A stretch of 40,000 nucleotides of DNA, from sequence record MN087708.1. The stretch is one strand, 5' to 3'. The notes below the pieces were generated by a model that saw nothing but the letters and a program-made list of their open reading frames with translations, was not told where the DNA came from and made no database searches. The first letter of the stretch is position 1; every line of letters begins with the position of its first letter. Positions 26,103-34,130 of this stretch are shown here, in pieces. The DNA comes from Enterobacter phage vB_EhoM-IME523. A program made the position numbers and the translations under genes.

Positions 26103-26440
26103 CAGTAATAGGTCCTTTCATCATATTCGCCGCCGAACCAAGCACTCACGGGCGCTTTAGGTTGAGTAGCTTTTTTGTAATCGAGATGGGCCAGGTTTTT
26201 AGCAATCTGGTAACCACGAGTTGCATTAATCTGTTCACGGTCCATAGTAACTAAGGACTTCGTTTTCGCAATCAGAGTCACACGTCTACGTAAGTGAGGC
26301 AATGTAATAGGATACATGCGCATCTGATGTAAAGCTGCGTTCATGAACTGGATATGCTTAACTACGGCACGTTCCATGGCTTTCTTGAAGTCTTGAGAGG
26401 CGTTAAACAACGCCCATTCTAAACGATTTATTGGAGTCAT
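26102..26440 (-). CDS. Hypothetical protein, 112 aa
   Basis: Complete ORF. Confidence 0.65.
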   Translation of the reverse strand: MTPINRLEWALFNASQDFKKAMERAVVKHIQFMNAALHQMRMYPITLPHLRRRVTLIAKTKSLVTMDREQINATRGYQIAKNLAHLDYKKATQPKAPVSAWFGGEYDERTYY

Positions 26441-26632
26441 TTAATCACCCATTAAGTCATTAATGTCAGAACGATAGATGTTTGCTTCGGCAACTTCTTC
26501 GCCATCAAGAGAGGCTTTAATAGAAAGTGTACCAAACAAACTATCGTAGTTAACACTCAGCTCGAGCCCTTCACGAATAACACGTTTCACTTCAAGCCGA
26601 ATCATTTCTTTAATTTGTTCTGAAGTAATCAT
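26441..26632 (-). CDS. Hypothetical protein, 63 aa
   Basis: Complete ORF. Confidence 0.65.
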   Translation of the reverse strand: MITSEQIKEMIRLEVKRVIREGLELSVNYDSLFGTLSIKASLDGEEVAEANIYRSDINDLMGD

Positions 26633-27126
26633 TGGTCTTCACCATTGTAGATTTCTTCTTCAGTATAGACCTTATGCTTACGTTCCATGATATAGCAATA
26701 TGGATCGTCGATGTCCATACGCTGCCAGAAGCAACCTAATTGGATGTTCTTAGGAGAATTAGTAGGACTACCGGTGCAACGTCCGCGGTCACGACGAGAG
26801 TAACGATGGACACCGTTTTCATCCATGATGGTTTCATAATTAGTACGTTTAAGAAGATCAAGGTCTTTGAACTTAACCATAGTGACTTTATCACCACTTA
26901 AGGTTTCATACGTACAACCTTCTTCGAAATACTTACTTTGTCCACCATTGACCATAACGATAACATCTTCAACGTTTTGATCAGGGAATGTTACACCGTT
27001 AGTTTGTCCGTGCTGGAATACTGCCTGGAATTCGTTTTCAGCTGCAATAGTAGCCTTACGGAATTTGCCATCCCAAACACCATCAACAAAACGTTTGAAT
27101 TTGATTTCATAAGTCCAGAGTTTCAT
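26629..27126 (-). CDS. Hypothetical protein, 165 aa
   Basis: Complete ORF. Confidence 0.7.
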   Translation of the reverse strand: MKLWTYEIKFKRFVDGVWDGKFRKATIAAENEFQAVFQHGQTNGVTFPDQNVEDVIVMVNGGQSKYFEEGCTYETLSGDKVTMVKFKDLDLLKRTNYETIMDENGVHRYSRRDRGRCTGSPTNSPKNIQLGCFWQRMDIDDPYCYIMERKHKVYTEEEIYNGEDQ

Positions 27127-27338
27127 TATGCCACCTGAAGTTTAGAGTTGATTTTAGAACCGATGAACACTACACCAGCTACAGCTGCACCACACACCAG
27201 ACCACCTGTAAACAGATCGGTAATGGCTTGTTGACGATCAAGAACCCAGGTCATTTTAGCAATCATTTCATGACGCAGGGCCAGTTCGGAGTTACCAATC
27301 AGAGCATAGAACAGTGAAGCAATATAGTTAGTGAACAT
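27126..27338 (-). CDS. Small membrane-associated protein, 70 aa
   Basis: LFTGGLVCGAAVAGVVFIG hydrophobic segment. Confidence 0.65.
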   Translation of the reverse strand: MFTNYIASLFYALIGNSELALRHEMIAKMTWVLDRQQAITDLFTGGLVCGAAVAGVVFIGSKINSKLQVA

Positions 27339-27348
27339 TTTATTTTCC

Positions 27349-27510
27349 TCAAATCAGATGAACAGTGTTATCACGTTTGTAGATGTCAATAAGCATTTGG
27401 CTCGGCTCTTCATAAGTGAATCGCTCATACGCTTTAATGACTGTTAAAGCAATTGTTGCCATTAACGCAACTTTAATAATTTCAGAGAATACTTCTTTTA
27501 AGAATTTCAT
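27349..27510 (-). CDS. 53-aa protein with hydrophobic segment (not in supplied track)
   Basis: MKFLKEVFSEIIKVALMATIALTVIKAYERFTYEEPSQMLIDIYKRDNTVHLI. Confidence 0.6.
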   Translation of the reverse strand: MKFLKEVFSEIIKVALMATIALTVIKAYERFTYEEPSQMLIDIYKRDNTVHLI

Positions 27511-27638
27511 TAAAAGAGCCAAGTCCCATTTTTATCAATGTAATCTATCCAATCGTTGATACTCCATTTAGTAGTATCACCTTTTGGTGTTTTTACTTCG
27601 TAAAGACCTTGTTTAAAAAGCATTTTTTTAATATTCAT
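27510..27638 (-). CDS. 42-aa protein (not in supplied track)
   Basis: MNIKKMLFKQGLYEVKTPKGDTTKWSINDWIDYIDKNGTWLF; TAATG overlap with the next gene. Confidence 0.55.
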   Translation of the reverse strand: MNIKKMLFKQGLYEVKTPKGDTTKWSINDWIDYIDKNGTWLF

Positions 27639-27665
27639 ATTTCCACCATGATAGTTGATAGGAAG

Positions 27666-27695
27666 ACTATACCATGCCTTCCTATCGTTGTAAAC
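27666..27695 (-). promoter_or_regulatory. Early promoter GTTTAC-N18-TATAGT in a 9-bp inverted repeat
   Basis: GATAGGAAG (27657-27665)/CTTCCTATC (27678-27686). Confidence 0.7.
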
Positions 27696-27697
27696 AC

Positions 27698-28678
27698 TTA
27701 CTTCAGAAGAGTAACTTCAGCAATCTCTTCCCAACCATTTGCATCAGTAGCGACGAAGTCAGCCAGGTAAAGCGCAGTACGTAAGGACACGTTACGGAGC
27801 TTAGTTACATTAGCCTTCATCCAGTTGAGCGCCATGGACGTCTGAGCGTCGCTTAAACCACGTTTCTGCATCATGTTGGTGTTCAGAATTACATCTTCAA
27901 CACGAACCATGATTTCTTCGTTTGAGTGAACACCCAGGTCCAGATAAACTGAACGTGATACAAGAGCATGAAGATGTGGAGCAAGTTTAGAACCACGTTC
28001 TAATTCTTTATCGATATCAACGTTAGTGATGAACACGATAGTACCTTCGAACTCGAATTCTTTATCGATGTTTTTGTCATCAAGATAAGCAGAAGCAGTG
28101 CTCCAACAAACTTTACGAGTTTCGCCAGTGTCGAGTGCTGCTTTCAGGAGGTTAAGCATATCCATATCAGAGAATACGTCAACATCATCAATAAGCAGAA
28201 CACTATTTGCATCACGGTTGTTCCAAAGTTGCTCATAAAGACCGATACCAGAGATTTTACCATTGATGCTTTTGTAAACAATTTCGCCATATTCATGAGC
28301 AGTTTTCAGAGCTTTATCCAGGCTGTAAGTCTTACCAATACCTGCAGCACCAGAGATGATTAATGAACGAATGTTACCAGAGATGATGCCTTTGGTCATC
28401 ATGTTCATTACTGTGAAGCGTTTGTTGATACGCTGTTTCATTTCCTCAGCTGTCTCAACTGTAGCCAGTGTGGAAACCTCCATACCTTCCATTTCGATGT
28501 CGGATTTGAACACCCATACACCACGTTCTTTACCATCAACTTGGATGAAGACTTTACCATCGCCAAGATGTGCTTCATGGGCAGGTACTGCATCTGGGAA
28601 CCAAGTCTTGGTAGCAACAAACTTACCAGAGATATCGTTACCGCGGAAAGTACCTTTGTTGATTTGAACGTTGAACAT
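27698..28678 (-). CDS. AAA+ ATPase, 326 aa
   Basis: Walker A SGAAGIGKTY, Walker B VLLIDDVD. Confidence 0.88.
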   Translation of the reverse strand: MFNVQINKGTFRGNDISGKFVATKTWFPDAVPAHEAHLGDGKVFIQVDGKERGVWVFKSDIEMEGMEVSTLATVETAEEMKQRINKRFTVMNMMTKGIISGNIRSLIISGAAGIGKTYSLDKALKTAHEYGEIVYKSINGKISGIGLYEQLWNNRDANSVLLIDDVDVFSDMDMLNLLKAALDTGETRKVCWSTASAYLDDKNIDKEFEFEGTIVFITNVDIDKELERGSKLAPHLHALVSRSVYLDLGVHSNEEIMVRVEDVILNTNMMQKRGLSDAQTSMALNWMKANVTKLRNVSLRTALYLADFVATDANGWEEIAEVTLLK

Positions 28679-28719
28679 TTTATTACTCCGTGAATTTCAG
28701 TATTTGTTTCGATGCAGCT

Positions 28720-28748
28720 ATAATAACATGTTCGCTGTAGATGTAAAC
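28720..28748 (-). promoter_or_regulatory. Early promoter GTTTAC-N17-TATTAT
   Basis: Between an upstream terminator and the AAA+ gene. Confidence 0.65.
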
Positions 28749-28772
28749 ACTTTTGTGAAAATAAATGCCCGA

Positions 28773-28790
28773 AAGGGCCCGAAGGCCCTT
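28773..28790 (-). terminator. UUCG-tetraloop terminator
   Basis: AAGGGCC-TTCG-GGCCCTT on the minus strand. Confidence 0.75.
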
Positions 28791-28793
28791 AAC

Positions 28794-29054
28794 TTATTGT
28801 TTATTAATCTGATTTTCTGCGATTCGTTTTGGTAATTTAGCAAGCCATGCTAATGCAGACCATAATCCACCGACACAGAACGCAGGCAACCAAAGAACAA
28901 ACCAGAACCACCAATCAGCAACCGAATGGATGTGTTCATTTTTAATGAAGGCCTTGGTAATCAAGAACCCAATGGTAAAGTACACTCCTACAAGAAAAAT
29001 AGGCATAAGCCACCATAGTTGTGCTAAAAGAATTGCCGTCATATTTGACTCCAA
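28794..29054 (-). CDS. Membrane protein, 86 aa
   Basis: Two long hydrophobic segments. Confidence 0.7.
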   Translation of the reverse strand: MESNMTAILLAQLWWLMPIFLVGVYFTIGFLITKAFIKNEHIHSVADWWFWFVLWLPAFCVGGLWSALAWLAKLPKRIAENQINKQ

Positions 29055-29272
29055 TAAAGACTAAAACGGAGTTCGCTTAACGCCCATCTCTTAAACTTTC
29101 TGAATTGTTTAGGAGTAGGACGACAAGCATACTTACTATTTACACGCTTTCCGGTTTCACGACAAACCGCTTCGAGATACCATCTACGTCCTTTATGAGG
29201 TCTCCCGTAGGAGACCATGAATTTTGCATCAGCGGTAATATGAATTGTGGTTTGCAAGATAAACCTCTTCAA
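29039..29272 (-). CDS. Hypothetical protein, 77 aa
   Basis: Complete ORF. Confidence 0.6.
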   Translation of the reverse strand: MKRFILQTTIHITADAKFMVSYGRPHKGRRWYLEAVCRETGKRVNSKYACRPTPKQFRKFKRWALSELRFSLYWSQI

Positions 29273-30239
29273 GGAACTTGTTCCAGAAGCTCATATCAAC
29301 AGAAGAACGCATGCCATTCTTTTCTGCATTCACTGCCAGAAATTCGACATGGTCAACGGTATCTTCCAGAAGTTCTTGGACATACTTGAACTTGAACATA
29401 CCAGCTTTAATCATTCGAATCGTTTCAGCTTCACGCAGTGGGAATACCAAATCACCAGTTTGATAAATTTCACGTAACTGGATACCGGCACGATAAGCAT
29501 GACTCAGGGCTTTCCAGTCAACGCCTTCATTAGCTTCCGCCTTACGAGCACGTTCGCCATATTCCGCTTCAAGCTTAGTCAAACTGTACTTGATTTCAGC
29601 GATAGTGATTGTGTCCTGGAATTTACGTCCAAGAACATTATAGAAGTTCTGTTTACCCATTTTAGAGTCAACGAATTCAGTCCAGAACAAGAACTCGCTT
29701 GTCGGCAGAAGATGGGCAATTTCGCCAAGCTTCCAACGCTGGTTATGAGCTTTATCTTTAGGACGATCTTCATACTTCCATTCAGGATAATCGTTCAGAA
29801 TATTCAGAATGATTTTAAGATCGGCCAGACGAGAACCCTTGACACCATATTTCGCTGCTTGCTTACGGACATAACCCAGATAAGATTTCATATCTGTAGT
29901 ATAGAAGCGTTCACGGTTATCTTGGATAAACTTCCAAACATCAGGCAGATCAGATTTAACAATTAAATCAGCAGGAGTATGAAGCATATCAAGAGCAACA
30001 GTTTCTCCTGACTGAGCGAGTTCCAACCAATATTTGAGAGAATAGAGTTCATGGTCAACATCCTCATGGCCATTTTTAGAGGCAGTGTTATTGGTGTTCA
30101 TGTTAGTATGATTCATTGCACGACCCATAAGAATATCTTTAGGGTGTGGAACGAAGATTTCTTTGAAATCGGTGTCACTTTCAGGCGTTGACGTGCCGTA
30201 TAAATGGCTACCGAAGTAGCCTTTCATAATTGTCTTCAT
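29229..30239 (-). CDS. DNA polymerase beta superfamily nucleotidyltransferase, 336 aa
   Basis: GYFGSHLYGTSTPESDTDFKEIFVP (GSxxxGxxxxxSDxD) signature. Confidence 0.85.
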   Translation of the reverse strand: MKTIMKGYFGSHLYGTSTPESDTDFKEIFVPHPKDILMGRAMNHTNMNTNNTASKNGHEDVDHELYSLKYWLELAQSGETVALDMLHTPADLIVKSDLPDVWKFIQDNRERFYTTDMKSYLGYVRKQAAKYGVKGSRLADLKIILNILNDYPEWKYEDRPKDKAHNQRWKLGEIAHLLPTSEFLFWTEFVDSKMGKQNFYNVLGRKFQDTITIAEIKYSLTKLEAEYGERARKAEANEGVDWKALSHAYRAGIQLREIYQTGDLVFPLREAETIRMIKAGMFKFKYVQELLEDTVDHVEFLAVNAEKNGMRSSVDMSFWNKFLEEVYLANHNSYYR

Positions 30240-30769
30240 CGTGTAGGATTACCCCATTCAAATCCAGAGAATGCATCGATAAGAGATTTATCGTTCAGGT
30301 TAACCATTACGGCTTTACCATGGTCACTTTCAAGGAACATATTACCACCATCTTTAGTGATAGCAAGAACTTTAAACAAATGACCTGCTTTACCAAATAC
30401 ATCGCCAACTACGACCGGGACCATAACTTTAGATTTTTCACTGTGATAATGAGTAATCTTATCACCGGCGAAAGAAACTTGTTCTTGAACGCCTTGAGAC
30501 ATTACAGTGACTTTACTTACTTTATAAACTCTGATCGAACCTTTAGCATACTCAACCAGCTCAATCAGAGTACGGTTTGAATATACCTTCAACAACAGCC
30601 TGGTATCACGACCACCATCAATAAAGATCGTTGCTGCACCCTGGAATTCAGAGATAAAGTCAACAATACCATCAATACGTTGACCATTATCCAGATGGAT
30701 TTCTAAAGAACGGCCTGTTTCCAGGCATTTCTGACGACGACCTTCGACAACACTCTGTTTAACGAACAT
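30236..30769 (-). CDS. Hypothetical protein, 177 aa
   Basis: Complete ORF. Confidence 0.7.
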   Translation of the reverse strand: MFVKQSVVEGRRQKCLETGRSLEIHLDNGQRIDGIVDFISEFQGAATIFIDGGRDTRLLLKVYSNRTLIELVEYAKGSIRVYKVSKVTVMSQGVQEQVSFAGDKITHYHSEKSKVMVPVVVGDVFGKAGHLFKVLAITKDGGNMFLESDHGKAVMVNLNDKSLIDAFSGFEWGNPTR

Positions 30770-30772
30770 GGC

Positions 30773-31264
30773 TTATTCCTTATCTTCTGGTTTGGTGAAG
30801 TTCAGAGTAGGGCAGAACTTGTCGTGCTTAGCTTTAACGAAAGCGAATACAATGTTAGGCTGTTTTGGTTCGATGCCTTGTTCTTTCAGACGCTCACGTT
30901 CTAATTCTTTGTCATATTTACGGTCTTCCCACCAGTCTTGGATACGTTGATATACCCATACACCACCAAATACAATAGCACAAGCACCACCAAGAATAAC
31001 AGCCAACATAACAATAGAAGCAAAGAAGCTTGCCACATAAGCCCAGATACCTGCAATACCTAATCCAATCATAGGGTCAACAAGCATATTAGAAAGCATC
31101 AATGTCAGACCTGTACCAATGGCACCCAGGAACAGAATACGGTAGATTACCCCACGGACATAAGGACAAAGAGAACGTGGAACACCTTTAGAAGTGGTGA
31201 AGGTGTTTGCAACGAGTTTGTAGTGCCAAGAGTTGGTGTTAATATTCATTATATTTCCTTTCAA
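30773..31264 (-). CDS. Membrane protein, about 160 aa
   Basis: ILFLGAIGTGLTLML and GIWAYVASFFASIVMLAVILGGACAIVFGGVWVY segments. Confidence 0.7.
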   Translation of the reverse strand: MKGNIMNINTNSWHYKLVANTFTTSKGVPRSLCPYVRGVIYRILFLGAIGTGLTLMLSNMLVDPMIGLGIAGIWAYVASFFASIVMLAVILGGACAIVFGGVWVYQRIQDWWEDRKYDKELERERLKEQGIEPKQPNIVFAFVKAKHDKFCPTLNFTKPEDKE

Positions 31265-31271
31265 ATTAAGA

Positions 31272-31478
31272 TTAGAGAATTGGTGTAATTTGTACTAAGT
31301 AATCACGCAGAGCAATAATATCACTTTTATATAAAGCAACAACATCGCGGCCTTGTGTAATTGTCATTACGGTGTTGTCACAAATAGAACGAGCTCTGAT
31401 TTCAATATCATCGTCGCCATCTTCATTATGGATGGTAGCACCGAAGCCACGCCCTTCGTAATTCAGTCCAATTTTCAT
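31272..31478 (-). CDS. Hypothetical protein, 68 aa
   Basis: Complete ORF. Confidence 0.65.
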   Translation of the reverse strand: MKIGLNYEGRGFGATIHNEDGDDDIEIRARSICDNTVMTITQGRDVVALYKSDIIALRDYLVQITPIL

Positions 31479-31753
31479 TTCAATTTACCTTTAGCTTTTG
31501 CATCATGGATTGCAGCAAGAACACCTGCATAGTTCTCTTGGTCACTTTTACGTACGATAGTCATACTATAAGGCATGCTATCACTATCTTTAATAAAACG
31601 TTCCAACTGACAAGTCAGAAGAATTTCGGGGTGGAACAGAGTATACATCAGATTACCTGTAGCACCACGGTATTGACAAATCTCTACAGAATGCTCACCA
31701 CCATAAGTGCGAGTCAGAACCAGGTCGCCTACTTCAAGCTTTGGAAAACCCAT
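31475..31753 (-). CDS. Hypothetical protein, 92 aa
   Basis: Complete ORF, SD GAGG. Confidence 0.65.
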   Translation of the reverse strand: MGFPKLEVGDLVLTRTYGGEHSVEICQYRGATGNLMYTLFHPEILLTCQLERFIKDSDSMPYSMTIVRKSDQENYAGVLAAIHDAKAKGKLK

Positions 31754-31782
31754 TTTAATTTCCTCATTTTGCCTGTAGGAAC

Positions 31783-31812
31783 ATCATAACATGTCCTACA
31801 GACGTTGTAAAC
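31783..31812 (-). promoter_or_regulatory. Early promoter GTTTAC-N18-TATGAT in an 8-bp inverted repeat
   Basis: CTGTAGGA (31773-31780)/TCCTACAG (31794-31801). Confidence 0.7.
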
Positions 31813-31814
31813 AC

Positions 31815-32027
31815 TTAGCGGTTATGTTTCAAAATTTCATACAAAGCTTCGACTTGTTCTGGGTCTAAAGCAATAGTATCTTCGCCTTGATGCATAATAA
31901 TACCACCAGGTACGGTTTTCCATTCATCCACTTCTACATCTAGTGAATTGTTGTCAGCAATAGAATGCTCTGGCTTCAGAACAATCATACCATCTTCAGA
32001 ACTACCATATGGGTCGTACAAACTCAT
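31815..32027 (-). CDS. Hypothetical protein, 70 aa
   Basis: Complete ORF. Confidence 0.65.
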   Translation of the reverse strand: MSLYDPYGSSEDGMIVLKPEHSIADNNSLDVEVDEWKTVPGGIIMHQGEDTIALDPEQVEALYEILKHNR

Positions 32028-32281
32028 CGCATGCTCCTATGCCAACAGTTACGTGGCTCTCGTTTAAAAATGCTATCATTCATAGCTTGACATTTGATGC
32101 AGTACATGCATCCTTTTACCGCCAGACGACGAGCTTCAGGAATAGGTTCGTCGCACTCGTAACAGAACTCAAAACTTTCACGGTGTTCATTAATCTGGCT
32201 TCGAGCATGAACTACTGCGGCCTGTACGACTGCAGCAATTTCATCTTGTTCAGCACCGTCTTTAGCAAACCCGACAGCCAT
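32024..32281 (-). CDS. DksA/TraR-like C4 zinc-finger protein, 85 aa
   Basis: FCYECDEPIPEARRLAVKGCMYCIKCQ matches the CxxCxxxIPxARRxA...CxxC DksA/TraR signature. Confidence 0.82.
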   Translation of the reverse strand: MAVGFAKDGAEQDEIAAVVQAAVVHARSQINEHRESFEFCYECDEPIPEARRLAVKGCMYCIKCQAMNDSIFKREPRNCWHRSMR

Positions 32282-32514
32282 CAGAGCTCCGGGAAACTGT
32301 TCAGAAGATGTTTAAAGCGACGAAGTTCTTCAAGTTTCATTTCGCCACCACCAAAAGAAGTCATACCACCGAATTTGAAGGAAGCACCGATAGCACGCCC
32401 ATCACAAATGTCCATGGTAATTAAGGTATTGTCGTGTCCATTGTTATACTCAATAGAACGAGTTACACCAATATGCCCACCACCATGTTCTACAATACGT
32501 TCGATAATTTCCAT
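32281..32514 (-). CDS. Hypothetical protein, 77 aa
   Basis: Complete ORF. Confidence 0.65.
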   Translation of the reverse strand: MEIIERIVEHGGGHIGVTRSIEYNNGHDNTLITMDICDGRAIGASFKFGGMTSFGGGEMKLEELRRFKHLLNSFPEL

Positions 32515-32545
32515 CAGAGTTTCTCTAGTTCGTTAGTGTAGGAAC

Positions 32546-32575
32546 ATCTTAACACGTTCTAAAGAGCTTGTAAAC
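32546..32575 (-). promoter_or_regulatory. Early promoter GTTTAC-N18-TAAGAT
   Basis: Same extended GTGTTANNATGTTCCTAC context as other copies; weaker inverted repeat. Confidence 0.65.
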
Positions 32576-32594
32576 ACCTTCTTTAAATGCCCGA

Positions 32595-32614
32595 AAGGGA
32601 CCCGAAGGTCCCTT
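32595..32614 (-). terminator. UUCG-tetraloop terminator
   Basis: AAGGGACC-TTCG-GGTCCCTT on the minus strand; overlaps the stop codon of the upstream gene. Confidence 0.75.
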
Positions 32615-32996
32615 ATTTCAACGAAAGCAAATACTTGGTTTGGTAACAAACTCCGACGATATCGTCAAGAACACTATGAAGTGCTCTAGGAGTTTTATCG
32701 TAAATAGGCTCTGCGCATTTAATCATTTCGTCCATGAACTTAATAGTATCTTTAGGCATTTGTGATGCACTTGGTAAAGAAGCAACATATGTCTTACCAG
32801 AGAAGCCTAAATATTGTTCACTGAATTTATCGATTAGGGGTTGTATTTCAGCATAATAGAAATCGTAAGCTTTATGCCTGGCATAACTATCTGTTTCGAG
32901 ATGTGCCGATTTAACATAAGCAGTAGAAGCCAATAACCAACCTATGAATTGGTCTACTTCAGTCCCTTTTCCTTTTACGAAATCATTAAATTTCAT
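32613..32996 (-). CDS. Hypothetical protein, 127 aa
   Basis: Complete ORF. Confidence 0.65.
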   Translation of the reverse strand: MKFNDFVKGKGTEVDQFIGWLLASTAYVKSAHLETDSYARHKAYDFYYAEIQPLIDKFSEQYLGFSGKTYVASLPSASQMPKDTIKFMDEMIKCAEPIYDKTPRALHSVLDDIVGVCYQTKYLLSLK

Positions 32997-33285
32997 TGTC
33001 TAGTTTAACCTTATGCGTATATGCATACGCTTTTGCTGCAGAGCGTCCGTCGATTTCGCAAACTCCTGATAAACAAACTTCATTATTAGCTTTCCATCGG
33101 GAATTAACAAAGCTCAAGAATTTATTGGACTCTTTTACGCTGGGTTCCTTAAATTGCTTATAGACACTTAAAGCTCCCTCGACGAATTTTGTATATTCGG
33201 CTTCATTTGATGCTGCAGAAGCGACTGGGGCCATAAAGACCCCGATTAGTGTGAGCGGAAAACAAATCTTTTTAAGGTGGTCCAT
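32986..33285 (-). CDS. Predicted secreted protein, 99 aa
   Basis: MDHLKKICFPLTLIGVFMAPVASAAS signal peptide; cysteine pair in EVCLSGVCE. Confidence 0.7.
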   Translation of the reverse strand: MDHLKKICFPLTLIGVFMAPVASAASNEAEYTKFVEGALSVYKQFKEPSVKESNKFLSFVNSRWKANNEVCLSGVCEIDGRSAAKAYAYTHKVKLDNEI

Positions 33286-33295
33286 AAGTGGACTC

Positions 33296-33514
33296 CTATC
33301 GATTTAAAATATTTTTCTTTGCTGTCAGGACAGCCTTAACTTGTTTGAGGTATTTTTCCAGTAAACGTTGGTGAGTATAATCAGCCTTGAACCCATTTTC
33401 TTTGAAATCTTGTTTAGAGGCACCAATCATAGTACCTAATTCACGACGGATTTCATCTAAAGATTCAATAGACAGATTACGTAATTGCTTTTCAGACAAA
33501 TACTGCATATACAC
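33296..33514 (-). CDS. Hypothetical protein, 72 aa
   Basis: Complete ORF, SD GAGG. Confidence 0.65.
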   Translation of the reverse strand: MYMQYLSEKQLRNLSIESLDEIRRELGTMIGASKQDFKENGFKADYTHQRLLEKYLKQVKAVLTAKKNILNR

Positions 33515-33539
33515 CTCTTTAGTTAGTTATATGTATTTA

Positions 33540-33561
33540 TTAGGGTACACATGTACCCTAA
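33540..33561 (-). terminator. Stem-loop directly after the 33570-33938 gene
   Basis: TTAGGGTAC-ATGT-GTACCCTAA, 9-bp perfect stem; no strong U run. Confidence 0.5.
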
Positions 33562-33569
33562 ATTTTACT

Positions 33570-33938
33570 TTAGTCCCACAACATCAGACAAAGGCCTTTC
33601 TCGTATTTACGAGCAGCCTTTTCGTCCCAGTTGTAATCAGTATCGCTTCTCAGCGAGTGTTTGATTTCCATCTTGTGAAACACACGAGGAATTGGTGATG
33701 CATATTTACGCCAGCGAAGAGTTTTCCAGAACGAGTCACGATGACGCTCAGCCATCAGTTTAGACAAGCGTTTTGGCTCTTCCATGTTTTCAGCGATATC
33801 ACGTTCGATATAAGCTTCGTTACGTGCTTTATTATCACTTTGGTGTTTCTTTACATAAGCAAACGGATTATTCTTTTGAGCGTGCCATTTAGCTGAAGTG
33901 GTTACGTGCCAGCCTGCACGACGGATAGTTCTTGACAT
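33570..33938 (-). CDS. Hypothetical protein, 122 aa
   Basis: Complete ORF. Confidence 0.65.
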   Translation of the reverse strand: MSRTIRRAGWHVTTSAKWHAQKNNPFAYVKKHQSDNKARNEAYIERDIAENMEEPKRLSKLMAERHRDSFWKTLRWRKYASPIPRVFHKMEIKHSLRSDTDYNWDEKAARKYEKGLCLMLWD

Positions 33939-33998
33939 AATTACCTCGAATAGTAGTTAAACTGCATATTCGATAGTAAAAGCCTGATTTAAAGAATT

Positions 33999-34130
33999 TC
34001 ATCCTAAGGTCACCTTACATTTGCATTTCGGACATTCGGCTTCTTTAACACGAAGCCGTTTAGTTTTGGTCTTTGGCGCGGTGTCATGATCATAAACATG
34101 AAGACACCGATAGCAAATTACTAGTTTCAT
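33999..34130 (-). CDS. Zinc-finger protein, 43 aa (not in supplied track)
   Basis: MKLVICYRCLHVYDHDTAPKTKTKRLRVKEAECPKCKCKVTLG; CxxC...CxxC; overlaps tk stop. Confidence 0.65.
   Translation of the reverse strand: MKLVICYRCLHVYDHDTAPKTKTKRLRVKEAECPKCKCKVTLG

Noticed and set aside
27349-27390. TTGACA-like box near 27384-27389
   Set aside because: No matching -10 at 16-18 nt and it lies in the 53-aa coding frame.
33939-33998. Possible 38-aa ORF MKFFKSGFYYRICSLTTIRGNYVK...
   Set aside because: Poor SD spacing and overlap with the 33570-33938 gene; not convincing.
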